Source: Podarcis erhardii (lineage: Eukaryota). From it: a DNA stretch of 64,000 nucleotides. The notes under the pieces are model-generated. The model was not told the origin of the DNA. It did no database searches and was given only the letters and a program-made list of their open reading frames with translations. Below are positions 11,930 to 24,639 of this stretch, in pieces. The stretch lies in the NCBI GenBank assembly GCA_964252035.1, contig OZ176206.1; one strand, 5' to 3'. Every line of letters starts with the position of its first letter. The stretch's first letter is position 1. Both the position numbers and the translations under genes were made by a program.

Positions 11930-12580
11930 TATTCCATAAAGGTGAAAGTTGGAAGATTCAAGGAAGGCAGGCAGAGAGACTTCTTCACACAGCACATGGT
12001 TAAATGATGGAATTCACTAAGGGAAGATGGATTAATGGCCACCAACTTAGATGGCTTTAAAATGAGTTTAGTCAACATCACAAAGGCCAGGGGTAGGCAA
12101 CCTAAGGCCCGTGGGCCAGATACGGCCCAATTGCCTTCTCAATCCAGCCCGTGGATGGTCCGGGAATCAGCGTGTTTTTACATGAGTAGAATGTGTGCTT
12201 TTATTTAAAATGCATCTCTGGGATATTTGTGGGGCATAGGAATTCATTCATTCCCCCCCCCCAAAAAAAATATAGTCCAGCCCACCACATAGTCTGAGGG
12301 ACGGTGAACTGACCCATGGCTGAAAAAGGTTGCTGACCCCTGACAAAGGCAAAGCTATCAACCAATGGTCACTAACCCCAAGGGCTATGTTCTCCCTCCA
12401 GTGTCAGAGGTAGTATGCCTCCGAATGACAGTTGATGGGAATCACAAGTTGGGAGTGTTACTGTTGCACTCAGGTCCTGCTTATGAGCTTCCTAGTGCAG
12501 AAACGGATGGGCCACTCTGAGAATAGGATGCTACACTAGATGGGACTCTGGTCTGATCCATCAGGGCTCTTCCAGTCTTC
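11930..12580 (+). mobile_element. CR1 LINE 3' fragment, interrupted by a hAT MITE
   Basis: gttggaagattcaagg...cttcttcacacagcacatggttaaatgatggaattcact...ggccaccaacttagatggctttaaaa...tgctacactagatggg..ctggtctgatcc. Confidence 0.85.
12088..12342. mobile_element. hAT MITE, 255 bp
   Basis: TIR caggggtaggcaacct / aggttgctgacccctg; perfect 8-bp TSD ACAAAGGC (12080-12087, 12343-12350). Confidence 0.93.
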
Positions 12581-12714
12581 TTAACCTCAAGCAAACTACT
12601 CTTGCTCAGCCTCCACAGATGACTTGGTGCCTATAATCTCAAGTCTTTTCTCAAGTGACAGGCACAAAGCTAGGCCCTGGCAACCCTTGCAATAATACTT
12701 TCCAGATCAGCCTC

Positions 12715-12734
12715 TATTTATTATTATTATTATT

Positions 12735-12772
<38 letters not shown>
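12715..12772. repeat. (TTA)n followed directly by (TAA)n: self-complementary microsatellite
   Basis: Direct reading. Confidence 0.9.
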
Positions 12773-12773
<1 letters not shown>

Positions 12774-12775
12774 TT

Positions 12776-12826
12776 AGAGCTAGTTTGTGGTTAGAGAGTT
12801 GAGCTAGGACCAGGGAGAACCAGGTG

Positions 12827-12876
<50 letters not shown>

Positions 12877-12940
12877 TACTATCCCTTAACAGCTTGGGGC
12901 CAGTTTACCTGCGAGATTGCCTTACCCCATATATGCCCAC
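12776..12940 (+). mobile_element. MIR-like SINE remnant with a (GT)n expansion (12830-12871)
   Basis: Head gtggttagagagttgagctaggaccagggagaaccagg. Confidence 0.55.
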
Positions 12941-13098
12941 ATGATTGCACCGTTACAGGTACAACATCATACACATTCTGCATTTGTAAGAAATACATCC
13001 TTTAGTGTGGCAGCATCCACACTTTGGATCTCCCTGCTTTTTAGCAAGTGCCTTCACAGTACTCTCTTCTTGGCACCTGCTAGAAACATTTTTCTTTA

Positions 13099-13298
13099 NN
13101 NNNNNNNNNNNNNNNNNNNNNNNNNNNNNNNNNNNNNNNNNNNNNNNNNNNNNNNNNNNNNNNNNNNNNNNNNNNNNNNNNNNNNNNNNNNNNNNNNNNN
13201 NNNNNNNNNNNNNNNNNNNNNNNNNNNNNNNNNNNNNNNNNNNNNNNNNNNNNNNNNNNNNNNNNNNNNNNNNNNNNNNNNNNNNNNNNNNNNNNNNN
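13099..13298. other. Assembly gap (200 N)
   Basis: 200 consecutive Ns; the round number implies a scaffolding join of unknown true size. Confidence 0.99.
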
Positions 13299-15474
13299 CG
13301 GCTGGGTAGGAGAACCCTTCAAGCCAATCGCCAAGAGGTGCCTGATAAAACAGGGTGGGGAAAGGACAGAGGGGGTTGGGCAGCTAGGGTGGGGCACATG
13401 GGGCAAATCCTGGGAACTGTAATAACAAGAAATTAAGAAAACAGCAATGACAATGCCTCTGCAAACCTGCTTTCACCATCAAAACTCCCTCCTGGAAAAT
13501 GTAAATACATCATATAGAAGCGTGCTTCTAAGCATGTGCAGAGTGTTTTTCCTTCACCAATAAACAGTCCATTCAGATTTGGGAGGAACTTCACGGCAGA
13601 AGTGGTACAATGTCCAAGTAGATTCCCCCCCCCTTTTTTTATTATTCAATTTAGCACCTGCTCTCAGGTTGCCCCCCCAACCCAAAATGATAGTAATAAT
13701 CCCAGAAAGCTGGGTTTTGATTTGCAGGTCTGCCACAGGCACTCAGCTGTATGACCCCAGGCAAGGAAAACAGGAAGCTGCGTTATGTTAATGTCTTATA
13801 CCTTTGGTCAATCCAGCTCAATATTGCCTACATTTACTGGCAGCAGCATCTCCAGGACTGCAGGCTGGAGTCTCTCCCAGGTCTCACAGAGTTATAGCCC
13901 TCCCCCCCTTAAAGTCTGCATTGCCCCAGAAAAATAAATGCAAGTTTAGGGAGCTATTTGAAGGCAAGGCCGCCTCCCAGCCCTTGGGCTGACTTAAGTT
14001 CTTCAGAAAGCTAGGCAACGGAGAGGCTGGAGCCAAGCACAAGGAAAACAGACAGCATCTTGGAATCTCACAACTCACAACAAGGCAGTCTCTTGGATGA
14101 GAAGTCAGGGCTTTCATTCTGCCATCCCTGTCATCAGTTTTAGTTCCCCAGTTTTAGTTCCCCAGGCACCAGAGCTCAAGCCTGCCCTTGATACTAAATC
14201 CTCTGACTCAAATATCATACTCCATAACCCCAGACAAAGTCAGCCTGAGGTTCTTTTCTGGGTCTGTACCCAATACCTAAAAGAAAAGGCATTTCTGCCC
14301 CAAAATAAGAAACCACAATTCTGTGCCAAGAAAAGTGGGATTCTACAGAAACAGAGAATAAACATTCTAGGGGGAGAAGTTGACAGGCACTCTGCACATG
14401 CTTACAGGAACAAGCTTCTTTAATAAGCACCGAGCCTGAGTGCTGTGTCCCAGCAGACAATTCAGCAATAGCCCTTAAATGTCAAGCCTTCCCTCTGCAG
14501 CTGAGTCCCAGCCTAAGATAGGATTTGGGCTGTGGTCCTAACACCCCAGGATGCTGCTCAACCCAAACTTGCTTTATTGGCCCGTAAAGGCTCCCCAGGA
14601 AGGGGAATGTCTGCTGTTATCACCGCATATTTTCCCAGCAGTTTCACCTCAGCGAGGAGCCCCCCCAACCACCGCCCGCCCCCATTGCGGCGCCTGCAAC
14701 TCCCTTTGTTTTAAATATTATAAAGCAAGCCAGATGCTGGCTCTAATCCTCCCAGCTGGCGAGGATTTGCAAACACGTTAGAAAAAGGCAGCGCTGTTCC
14801 AAGTCAGCCCCTCAGCCGCTACTGCAGCTCGCCAGCGCAGCCTTCCCCATCTGCTGCCTATGAAAGGGTATCCCAGCCCGTAATTGGCTTCTTATGTCCA
14901 GATTAGGAGCAGACAAGGTGTCTCTCGTTGCACATGTGTACACCTCCGTCCCCCGAGCCATCTGTGGCCTGAGTCAGTGCTGGCAATAAGTCAGGGGTCC
15001 AATGAAGAATGTGGACCCTGTGGAAGTGAAAGTGCAGAAAGAGAGAAGAAAAATGGGAGACCAGTTGGCCTGACACTTAGTTCCAAAGCCTACTTCATCT
15101 GAGAACGATCTGGCTGGAGAAAACGAAGCCAGCCAACTCCCTGATCTCAAGCCCCTTCCAGACCTGATCCATCAGTCAAGCCAGGGGGCAACTGAAGGAA
15201 AAACAGAATCTCCAGTAAAAGTGGTAGGCAAAAACAGATGGGGCTGGGCTGGGCAACGATCTGAGAGATATAAGCTGTTCAGGAAAACCACAGAACCTTC
15301 AGAGGCATAACAAACTAGAAGGCACATAATGGACCAGCATAATCCAGAAAGGAGAAGGGGCTTGGCTTGGAAAACCTGGGATGTAATCCCACCTCTGCCA
15401 TAGATTTGAAACTTCCTAAATCAACATCCTGAAACTCTCAACGGACAAGCACAAATTATTAGTCCTTATGGGTT

Positions 15475-15645
15475 TATTTATTACATTTATACCCCACTAT
15501 TCCTATGAGGAGTTCTGGGCAGCACAGATGGTTCCTCTCTCTCTATTTTATTCTCACAACAACCCTGTGAGGTAGGTCAGGGTAAGAAAACAATGGCTGG
15601 CCCAAGCCTCCTAGTTTGACAGTCCAACCACTGCAACCACCCTGG
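15475..15645 (-). mobile_element. MIR/CORE-like SINE, internally deleted
   Basis: attctcacaacaaccctgtgaggtagg...aaccactgcaaccaccctgg. Confidence 0.65.
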
Positions 15646-16469
15646 TCCTCAGAGAGAACATTGCAATTATGCAGTGCCTGGTGAAATGTCTCCATATCAG
15701 AGCCTGGGGAAAAGCTTCCACTCCCTGGAACATGAGGATAAGCAATGGGCAACAGTCAAAGCTTTATCTTTCTCTCATGACTATTATTCCCTATGGCTCT
15801 GGGACTACTAACATCCACCTGTGCCTGGTCTACAGAATATCTCCTCTTTCTATCCACCAAGTCTCTGCCAAAAATTCCCACGGTATTTGCAAATTAGGCC
15901 AGCAAACAAATATAGGCATATGTTCCTAATTGACCTTACTGAACCTGACTGCACAACCTGGGTTACCTCTATACAGATTTTGAATGTGCACACATGTCTG
16001 CATACACCTGTGTATGCCCAGGCAGGCATCCATATAGACCCAGCTTTACTTAGCTCATCCCCACTGAAGAGGAGAGCTAAGGAAAAGAGCCCTGGACATG
16101 TTTGCAGCGTGGCACTGGTTTTTAGATGGCACACACTTTCCTAAGAAGAATATCCAACCTTCATAATGTCAGCAAAAGGAAAGAAAAGTACTCCTGTAAT
16201 ACTCTGCTTTCCTACTAATGTAAAAGAGCATTTTTAGGAGACAGTCAACACACCCCTTGTATTTGGTCCCCATGTAGCATTCATTAACAAAAATATCACT
16301 AGCTCTTATCACTGCAGAGAAATGCTTGTGAAGATGCAAGTAGTTCCTGTTGAAATATGAAAGACAGGGTTGCAGGAGAGTGGGATGGGAGGGTCCAGGG
16401 TCTGAGGACAGGCAGAGAAAACAAACAAAGCTTCAGAGTCATACATTTGTCCAATACCTGCCACCAGAT

Positions 16470-16612
16470 CACAGCCACACCGTATATTAAAAACACATTT
16501 AAACCGTATATTAAAAGCACATGGCTTCCTCCAAAGAACCCTGGGAAATGTAGTTCACAGAGTTACAATTCCCAGCACCCTTAATAAACTATAGCTCCCA
16601 AGAGGCTGCAGC
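16470..16612. mobile_element. Palindromic MITE (family of 8185/10250)
   Basis: cagccacaccgtatattaaaa.cacat...ccaaagaaccctgggaaatgtagtt...aactatagctcccaag. Confidence 0.6.
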
Positions 16613-16910
16613 CAATCCAGGGTGCCTGCCATGTGAAGCTGCCTGAAACATACGTTTGCAAGCACCTTTTTTTGTAAATAAGCACTGACAGACATTTGCT
16701 TTGTTAAAAATCATCTCCTTAACACCTGGGGCAGCTTTGACCTTCTCCATCTAACCATGAAGTCTTATATCCCTCTGCATACCCACCCTGGTTATGCTCA
16801 GCTCAGTTCATCTAGTCTACAACAGCATAAGCAATGGCATTCACATCTGGACAAGTTGACTAGGAACCCAAATGTTGCAGGGTGGGATGGAGGGGGTGTT
16901 TCACTGTACC

Positions 16911-17184
16911 CAGTAGCGGCCAGTGTGGTAGGTGGGGCACTGCTGCTCTCCTGGCATCCAAAACAGTGTGTCACTGGTGCTTACTGGAGGGACAGGGCTA
17001 AGTGCAGGGAGCTTGACACTGTGTAGGCACATAAAGCAAGAGCAAAGGTTGGTTCCACTGCAACTCACCACACCAAATGCACCACACATCGTCCCTCTCC
17101 CTCCAGTAAGCACAAGAAAAACTCTGTGTTTGGAAACTGGGTTAAAGGGGTGCCCCACCTACACCACCACACCAGCCATTACTG
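16911..17184. mobile_element. hAT MITE, 274 bp
   Basis: ~33-bp imperfect TIR cagtagcggccagtgtggtaggtggggcac / gtgccccacctacaccaccacaccagccattactg; 8-bp TSD ACTGTACC / ATTGTACC. Confidence 0.85.
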
Positions 17185-17544
17185 ATTGTACCATGTGGTA
17201 GAGGGCACTGAAGTTGTTCCTGCTTATTTTACCAGCTATCTTGGGATGGCAACTCATGAACTCCCTTCGGTATTGCCTTTGTTTGCTCAAGATGCCAGAA
17301 TCATGAGGTTCCTGGGCCTAAATCTGGCCCAATGAGAGATGTCACTTCTCTACCCTCCAGACAGAGGCAAGGAAGGCAGGAGGAAATAGCATCTGTTGCA
17401 AGTAGGCCTTTCCAAGAGACACCACTGTGGGTTGATTCTGTGCATCAGCATAAGTCATCCCCAAAGTCCAACTGCAGCTCCTTTGAAGAGCCAGTAACTT
17501 GAACTTGTATCACCAGGCACCAAAGATAAGAAGCAGAAGGTACA

Positions 17545-18070
17545 GCAGCTGGTATTCAGTGGTACACTGCCTCTGAACCTAGAGGTTTAATACAGTAAAC
17601 ATGACCCGTAGCCATTGACAGACTTCTCCTTATCCTGCATGAATTTCACCAATCTACTTTTAAAAGCATCAAAATTAAGTTTTGCCAAACCTACCAGAAA
17701 AATAAGAAATCAAGATAACAAACTTTTTATAAAAGAATTGAAATGGTTTATTGAATATTTACAGATAAATTGTAAACAGAAAAGAACATTGGCAGGATTA
17801 TTATAATAACCTGCAGTTTCATAAGAGTATTTATTTAAAGTAAATGAATAAATGAACAAATTAAGTTAATTTGGATACGCAGAAGATATTAAAAATAAAT
17901 TTAAGGAACTGCAGAAAGAGGGGGAAGGAAGTCAAGTTTTGAAATGTTAAAATGACTGTAAAATGATTGAAATGTATAAACCTGAAAATCATAAATAAAA
18001 TTTAAAAAATAAAAAATAAAAGCATCAAAACTAGAGGCCAACGTTACAGCATTACCAATTCAATGGGGAG
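17545..18070 (-). mobile_element. CR1 3' fragment split by an L1 insertion
   Basis: gtagccattgacagac...atgaattt.accaatct.cttttaaaagcatc...aaactagaggcca is the reverse complement of the CR1 ORF2 end. Confidence 0.7.
17675..18016 (+). mobile_element. 5'-truncated L1 LINE (ORF2 C-terminus, 3' UTR, A-rich tail), 342 bp
   Basis: KLFIKELKWFIEYLQINCKQKRTLAGLL* then an AT-rich UTR and A tail; perfect 14-bp TSD TAAAAGCATCAAAA (17661-17674, 18017-18030) at a TT|AAAA endonuclease site. Confidence 0.85.
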
Positions 18071-18947
18071 TAAACGTCAGATAGGGTGGAGATATGGTGT
18101 AGGAAATCCTCTATACAGAACCTGTCCCCTCCCCACGCCCCAATTCTGAGGTTGGGAGTGAAAGGTCAGAATTGAGAGTTTCTGGGGGCAATTCTAAGAG
18201 TGCTAGACAACTAAACCTGCCTCAAGAATTGAAACTTGAGACCATCTGTGTTGTCCCAAATATGCAAGAGAACACACACAAAGTGCAGGGGCAGACACAC
18301 ATGTTTAAAGGGAACTCATCCTAGGTGTTGGTTCCCATCAGGGATAGCAAATGCACAGCCAGCTGCAAGGGAGGCACCTGAACCAATGACACTGCCCGCC
18401 CCCCTTCAAAGCCTGCCTGACAGGGTGCTTTTCTTTGGCTGTCCTACTTTCATCTATAGAAGAGTGCCTCTATAGCAGAAGGAAGGTGGTCACCTCAGCA
18501 ACAGCTCCAATTTGTGACTGAAGATGCAGTGAACAATATCAGAAATGCCCTGACACACTTTACCTCTACCCCACTAAACAGCAGCACAGAATAAGTTGCG
18601 GAAGAAGAAAGAGATCAGAGTAAGGCAGTCTCTTCATCTTATCCCAGAGAAATGTCAATGTGCGAGGGATGGGGGTTTTTCCCTGACAACTCTACAGTTA
18701 TGTCACTCCAGACCTCTGTCTTTCATCTGCAAAATAGCATAGGCCTAGCCTCAGAAGGCAAATAAATCTCTGGATGACAGCAGCTACCGTGGTAGAGGAA
18801 AACTGGCGACAAGGGAGCGGGCAAGCGTAGCCCAAAAAGGAGAAAGAAGTGGACTAACTTTTTTCTAGAAAGGCAATTGCTGGAAGAAAGCAAGAAGAGT
18901 TTCAAATATATATATTAAAGACCAGGAAATGGGGAAATGGGGGGGGG

Positions 18948-18949
<2 letters not shown>

Positions 18950-18982
<33 letters not shown>
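18950..18982. repeat. (GA)n microsatellite
   Basis: Direct reading. Confidence 0.9.
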
Positions 18983-18987
<5 letters not shown>

Positions 18988-20214
18988 CCAGTTCAGCAGG
19001 GGAGGGGAAAAGGTGGTTTGTTGATGACCCAAGTCATTGAACATTTTTTGGCACGCCTGTCCCAGGAACACTGGCCGCTGGCCCAGCACAGAGCTGAACT
19101 TAAACAAACTCCTGTTGCAGCCATCTGCTTGATTTTAAAATAAGTCAAACAATCTGTTGAGCCGTGGGTGATCAAATTTCCATCTGTGCGGACGCCTGCT
19201 CGCCTGCCTGGAGCCTCCGCTTGCCTCTACCAGCCAAACGCTCCCAGCAGCATGTGGCTGCCCTAATTCCTCCAGGAAAAGAAGAAACCGGACCTCCCCA
19301 CCACCACCACCGCCATCCCCACCCAGACTTCTAACTCAAACCAATTGCTATTTTTACAGCCACCCACCAAAAGCAGTGTTTGGATGGGAGTAGCAGGGAA
19401 TACGGGATTGCCCAAAGGTGTCTCCCGGCCACATGGCCTTGCTGCATGGGAGGGAGGGTCCATTCCATTCTGCTTTAAGCAGCAAGACAGGTGTGAGCCC
19501 TTAAGCAGTCGACAGAGAGGTTTGTAAACAGGGACACAGAGAGCAGCTAATCTACCAAGTATGAGCAGAAGCTAGTTAGGAAACTATGAAGAGATCTCTG
19601 GGTAATTTGCAGTGGATTGACAAAGGTTCTCAACTAATAGTGGTTTTAACAGGAGCAAGTCCTCCCTAACCACACCCTGGGGCCCTCCATACATTCTTTT
19701 TATTGTACATTCCTGATGATTTCTGTTCACATTGGCATTGGCATGGTTATACATATTAACACTTTTAATACTGTTCGCGCCTGCAAAAGTGTTGGGTCAG
19801 ATATAGTGCTTCATTTCCAATCAGTGCACATCCTGTAACTTCCTGCTGGATTTCTGTAACCTTTCATAAGACAAACATTCCTGGGGGGTGTCCCCATAGT
19901 GCAAAAGTGCCCCTCCTGATGGAAATAACGCAGTAACACTGAGGAAGCATTGCAGAACAACTTTTAAAGCAGAATGATGGGCAAACCGTCCAGTATTAAT
20001 TTACCACTATTATTGCATCAATGCCAAGTTGCAGAATATATCTGCAAAAAGTGCCAGTCCTTCTCCTCAGGCCACACCCCTCAATGGGTGTTTTTGCCTG
20101 GTTGGAATGTGTCCTTAATCTCTGATCATGCCTCCTGCTTGATAGAGAGGAAGGTGCAAGCATCTGTATTAACTTGCTAACTGCACAAAAATAACATTTA
20201 TAGTCACTGTTGTG

Positions 20215-20305
20215 CCCATTTTTGCTTCTGGCACCACACATATCTTGCATGTGGCCCTCAGAAGGTTGTCCAGAAGAGAATGTGGTCCTTGGGCTGAAAA
20301 AGGCT
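20215..20305. mobile_element. hAT element terminal remnant; related ends at ~21110-21185 and ~54780-54855
   Basis: Shared gcatgtggcc.tcagaaggttg.ccag....aatgtgg.ccttgggctgaaaaagg.tcccca motif in three places. Confidence 0.6.
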
Positions 20306-22279
20306 CCCCAACCCAATGCAAAGAAATGACAAGAACCAGCAGAAGAACAACTGAGAATTTGTATAAAGTTCATTGGAAAAACTCTTGCCCCCAGATGCAT
20401 ACAAACCTGCCACCAAGTTCTGCCCACACCAATAAACAATTAAAAAAGAAAACAGCAGGCAGCAGCACTTGCAGACTGCTGAGTGCACAGTGGCTGACCC
20501 AACGCTTTAGAGACTGCACAAGACAAAGCTAGCCAAAATAGCATCCGGGATTCCCATGCGGTAAAAACTGACCCAAGAATATGCCGCCTCTGTATTTTGC
20601 AGCCAGATGTAAGAGGAAAGCATGGAAGAGAGACAAAGAGCTTTGGGTGCGGGTGCGGGGTGAGGAAGGGGGGGGGGAAGGTTGCATGCACTTTCCTAGC
20701 AGTTGACTCCAGAGAAATCCTTACTGAGTCAAATGCCCAGGGACTAAACAAGTGTCAATCCAGGAAGAGAAAAGAGGAGAGGGAAGAGGTTACTGGAGGC
20801 CATGGAAAGAGAAAAAGCCCACTGGGACTGCAAGCTTTCATTAGTCATACACTCAACCTCAATGTGTCTCTCTAAGTCTTTCTCTCTGACCCTCAAGATT
20901 CTCCCCAGGTCACACCTACTCACCCCCATTCCATGCCAGATGCTCACTCCCTAGGCTTTACTAGCCCTGCACACACACACCAAACATATTGAACTGTGGT
21001 GCCTCTAGCCTCCTGTCCTGCATACAACTCTGATTTTGGTCTGGCTGGAATGCTGTACAAATGCAAACGTTAATTCCATTGTTCTGCCTGTTTTTTCCTC
21101 TGGCCCCACCCACTGGCATGCAGTCTTCAGAAGGTCACCCATGAGACAATGCATTCCTTGGGCTGAAAAGGGTTCCCCATTCCTGCTTTTACTGTTGCAG
21201 CTGGTCCTAGCATTACTCACTCTAGTGCCCCAGACCCTGAACTTGCCCTTGTGCTTCTGGCTCGCCCTGCCAGCAGACCTGAACTCGTATGAAGACCTTG
21301 AGCACCAGCCACCTTCTGAGTGAAGCTCTCTAGTCAGCTTCAAGTTTTGTCTACTGCACATTTATGAATAAACAGGAGCACAGGAGTGGGCAACGTCCTG
21401 CTGGAAAGTGGTGTTCGGCCCCGTAGACCAGATTTTTATTCAAATAAAAGTGGCCAGTTGTTAACACATTCTTTTTGTTAAAAGAAGAAGAGTGCATTAA
21501 TGTGCAGCTTGGCCTTGTGAGTGACACAGCCCCCAATAAAGCACCTGTTCCAAGGCTAGACTGAAGGACATAAGGGAGCTTATGCAGCGGCAGGTGTGGT
21601 TCCAGCTGCCTGCCAAGCATAGAAGTCCCATCATGGGCAGCAACAATGAGCCAGAGCCGAGAGGCAGGACCAGACAAAGATTTGCCTGAGCATCACTCTG
21701 ATTATCAGCATGGCAGAAGCAATGAGGATGAGATGGGGGAAGGGAGATTCTACAAGCAACTGGCCACACTAGGCAGTGGTCCCTGAGCTCACCACCTGGA
21801 AGAGTATAAAAGCTTCTCAATTTTGGGAAGGTTGCCAGCTCTAGTTGAAAGAAAGCAGGGGGGAATAACTCTACTCACACTTTTAAAAATCAGCCTTTCC
21901 CCAGCCTGGTAGTCTCCAGATATTTTTGATTACAAGTCCCACTGGGCTGAAGACAGTTGTGGTTCAAAACATCTGGAGGGCACCCAGTTAAGGAAGGCAC
22001 TATCCTGGGACCTCTCACCATTTCAAATTACTCCAATGGGGATTTACCCAAGACAGGGTCTTTGAATGGTAGCACCAGAACATGGGGTGTTTCTGCTAGA
22101 GAAAGTTCATTCTATCCTTTTCCTGCTGGCATTCTGATACCAAACAAGGGCTGCATTTTTCTAGATAGCTTTTTGAGCTCTCTAAGTTTCAGAGGAAACT
22201 TTGTTTTGCTGCTGTGTGGAGTTTTCTTGCCAGTTTCTTGGCTTTACTCACTGGCTGGTGAACTTAGTTGGCTCATGTA

Positions 22280-22513
22280 CAGTGGTACCTCGGGTTACAT
22301 ACGCTTCAGGTTACATACGCTTCAGGTTACAGACTCCGTTAACCCAGAAATAGTACCTCGGGTTAAGAACTTTGCTTCAGGATGAGAACAGAAATCGTGC
22401 AGCGGCGGCGGCGGGAAGCCCCATTAGCTAAAGTGGTGCTTCAGGTTAAGAACAGTTTCAGGTTAAGTACGGACCTCCAGAACGAATTAAGTACTTAACA
22501 CGAGGTACCACTG
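22280..22513. mobile_element. Tc1/mariner (Tigger-type) MITE, 234 bp
   Basis: TIR cagtggtacctcg / cgaggtaccactg; TA TSD on both sides. Confidence 0.95.
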
Positions 22514-22929
22514 TATAATGACTAAGGCTATCACCTGAACAGAAAAATATTGTCCATTAAGCATATGAGTTGGTTAGTAAAATAATCAATGAATTCAATT
22601 TGCTTAAATGTGCAAAAACGATACTTAAAAGCAAGAAGAATGCACAGTGTGCAACAGGCATAGTATTAAAAGAGAGATTCCTCCCTAAGTGAGAGAAAAG
22701 GAGAAATGCATCTTTTAAAAGTTTGCCATCTGTAGTTTTATAAGTGTGTGTGTGTCCTGATGCCGGATTACTTAAACTTGTTACACTGTTTTGTCCTATT
22801 TTATACAATTTGTTTCAGTTTCTGAGGCTTGAAAATGTAGTAGACAAAGTGCCTGCAGCATGTATGTCCTACTATTTGTCCTCTTGACCCTTGACCATCA
22901 AATTAGCCATATGGGGTTGACCAGGCAGA

Positions 22930-23130
22930 TCCAGGAAGTAAGAAACACTTTGCTGCCTGATGGGGTGGTGTCCATTGCTTTGCAAGAAATGGTGGTGCAA
23001 CTGTTCCTGAAAAAACCCTCCCTGCATCTGGAAGTTTATTCCCGTTGCAAACACCCCTTCTAGGGGCAAGGTGCTTGAGAGAGTGCTGGAAGTTCTGGAG
23101 AAAACTAACAATGGTTCCAGACAGTAGCAT
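22930..23130 (+). mobile_element. Old L2 LINE reverse-transcriptase fragment
   Basis: LPDGVVSIALQEMVVQLFLKKPSL...HPF*GKVLERVL resembles L2 EGVFP..LKEAVVRPLLKKPSLDP...LPFLGKVLERVV. Confidence 0.7.
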
Positions 23131-23509
23131 AAAGTGTCTGTGCCTCATCCCCCTGACAAATGAACTATGAGGTGCTGCTCAGAGCGGTTATTTCAAGATT
23201 TGGAGCAAAATGCCACCTATGTGTGGGAGATAGGGTATGAGTGAGTAGGCCAGCAGAGTGAGTGGGGAGGCAAGTGGCCAAGGCAGACCTCCTCATGCCC
23301 ACCCCCACCCCGATTTCCAGTTCACATACCAGCGCTGTCCCCAACAGAATTTAACAATGTGTGCTTCCTTCTGCTGACAACAATGGCACAGGGGAAGGGG
23401 AAGGAGACAAATACTTTTTGCTGTTCATTTGATTCCCCATTGCTAATGGCAACAGCAGCAGGGGGATATCGGATTGGGGTGAGCTGCAAAAGAAGTGGGG
23501 AGTTACACT

Positions 23510-23720
23510 AAAGGAGAACTGTGAGGGGCTGCCAACTGGAAATGGGGTGAGGTGGCTGACAGAGAGGCTGGGGGAATTGAAGGGGCTACGAAGGGGGATG
23601 TGAAGGGAGCTGTGAGGGGATCACAACTAAATAGAGCTGTGCGGAGTGGGGGGGACTGAAGAGGCTGTGAGGTGATGAAGGAGCTGTGAGGGGTAGCGGG
23701 TTGGCAAGCAATGTGAGCAG
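23510..23720 (+). repeat. Degenerate G-rich minisatellite (unit ~GAGCTGTGAGGGG)
   Basis: About five imperfect units seen. Confidence 0.6.
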
Positions 23721-24639
23721 GGATGTCAGCCCCTAGTAAATCAATAACATCTCAGGAAGAAGGAATGGAGAAGAGCCCATGACAGTGGACAGAGTCCTGG
23801 GGATCATGTGCTTTTATTTTTTAAAACAACAACAACAACACAATCAATGTGCAGGCACAGACTCCATACCACAACAGAATGGAATGCAAAAAAGGAAAGA
23901 TGATGAAAGATGTGCCTTTGGCAGGAGTGAGCGTTCTTGGAAGGAAAAGGGGGGGGAGGGAGGGAGAGAGACTGTGGGGGAGGGAAGGGGCCTCTGGACA
24001 AGGAAACCTCCTCTCTGGCTTTTCACTTTAATTTCCCTGGAGCAGACAAAAGGCCTGGGTCCTGCCGCCAGCCAGTCCCAGGCACCAAAAAGCCTTGGCT
24101 CCATGCAGCTAAGAGCCTAGCCCAGAAGCAGCACTAGAGAATAAACATCTCACAGTGCGGCTGCAGAGATGGGGCAGGAGCCAGGAGCCACCCGGCTCCT
24201 GTAAACAGCCTCTCCTTGGCCAGTCATTGGGCAGACTGGGAATTAGCACTTTACCAGTAATAAATGCAAGGGGGGCTTAGTGAGGCAGTTGGATGGGGGG
24301 AGGTTAGGAAGGGAGAGCTGTGCCAGGAGCTGAAGGAGTTGTGCAAAAGTTATCAATGGAGAAGCCAGATGTGTTATGAATGGCAGGCACCAGCCAGAGG
24401 CCTGGAGCGCCTCTGCACGTGAGCCTAGTGTGAAGCCACAAGCCAGGCTGGTGCTGAATGCAACTGAAGAGAGAGGAAATAGGGCAGGGTTTAACCCTTC
24501 ACATCCCACACTGCTCTTTATCTCTGGGCAATTACAGAAACCCATTTCCAGGAGCTGCAGATGAAACCAGGGCACCCAATGCACTTGGCAACGTCAACTA
24601 TTAAAAACTTGTTTGTGCAGCCCCTTATATTAACAGTAT

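Noticed and set aside
12917-13436. ORFs of 108-143 aa spanning X runs
   Set aside because: Artefacts of reading through the 200-N gap.
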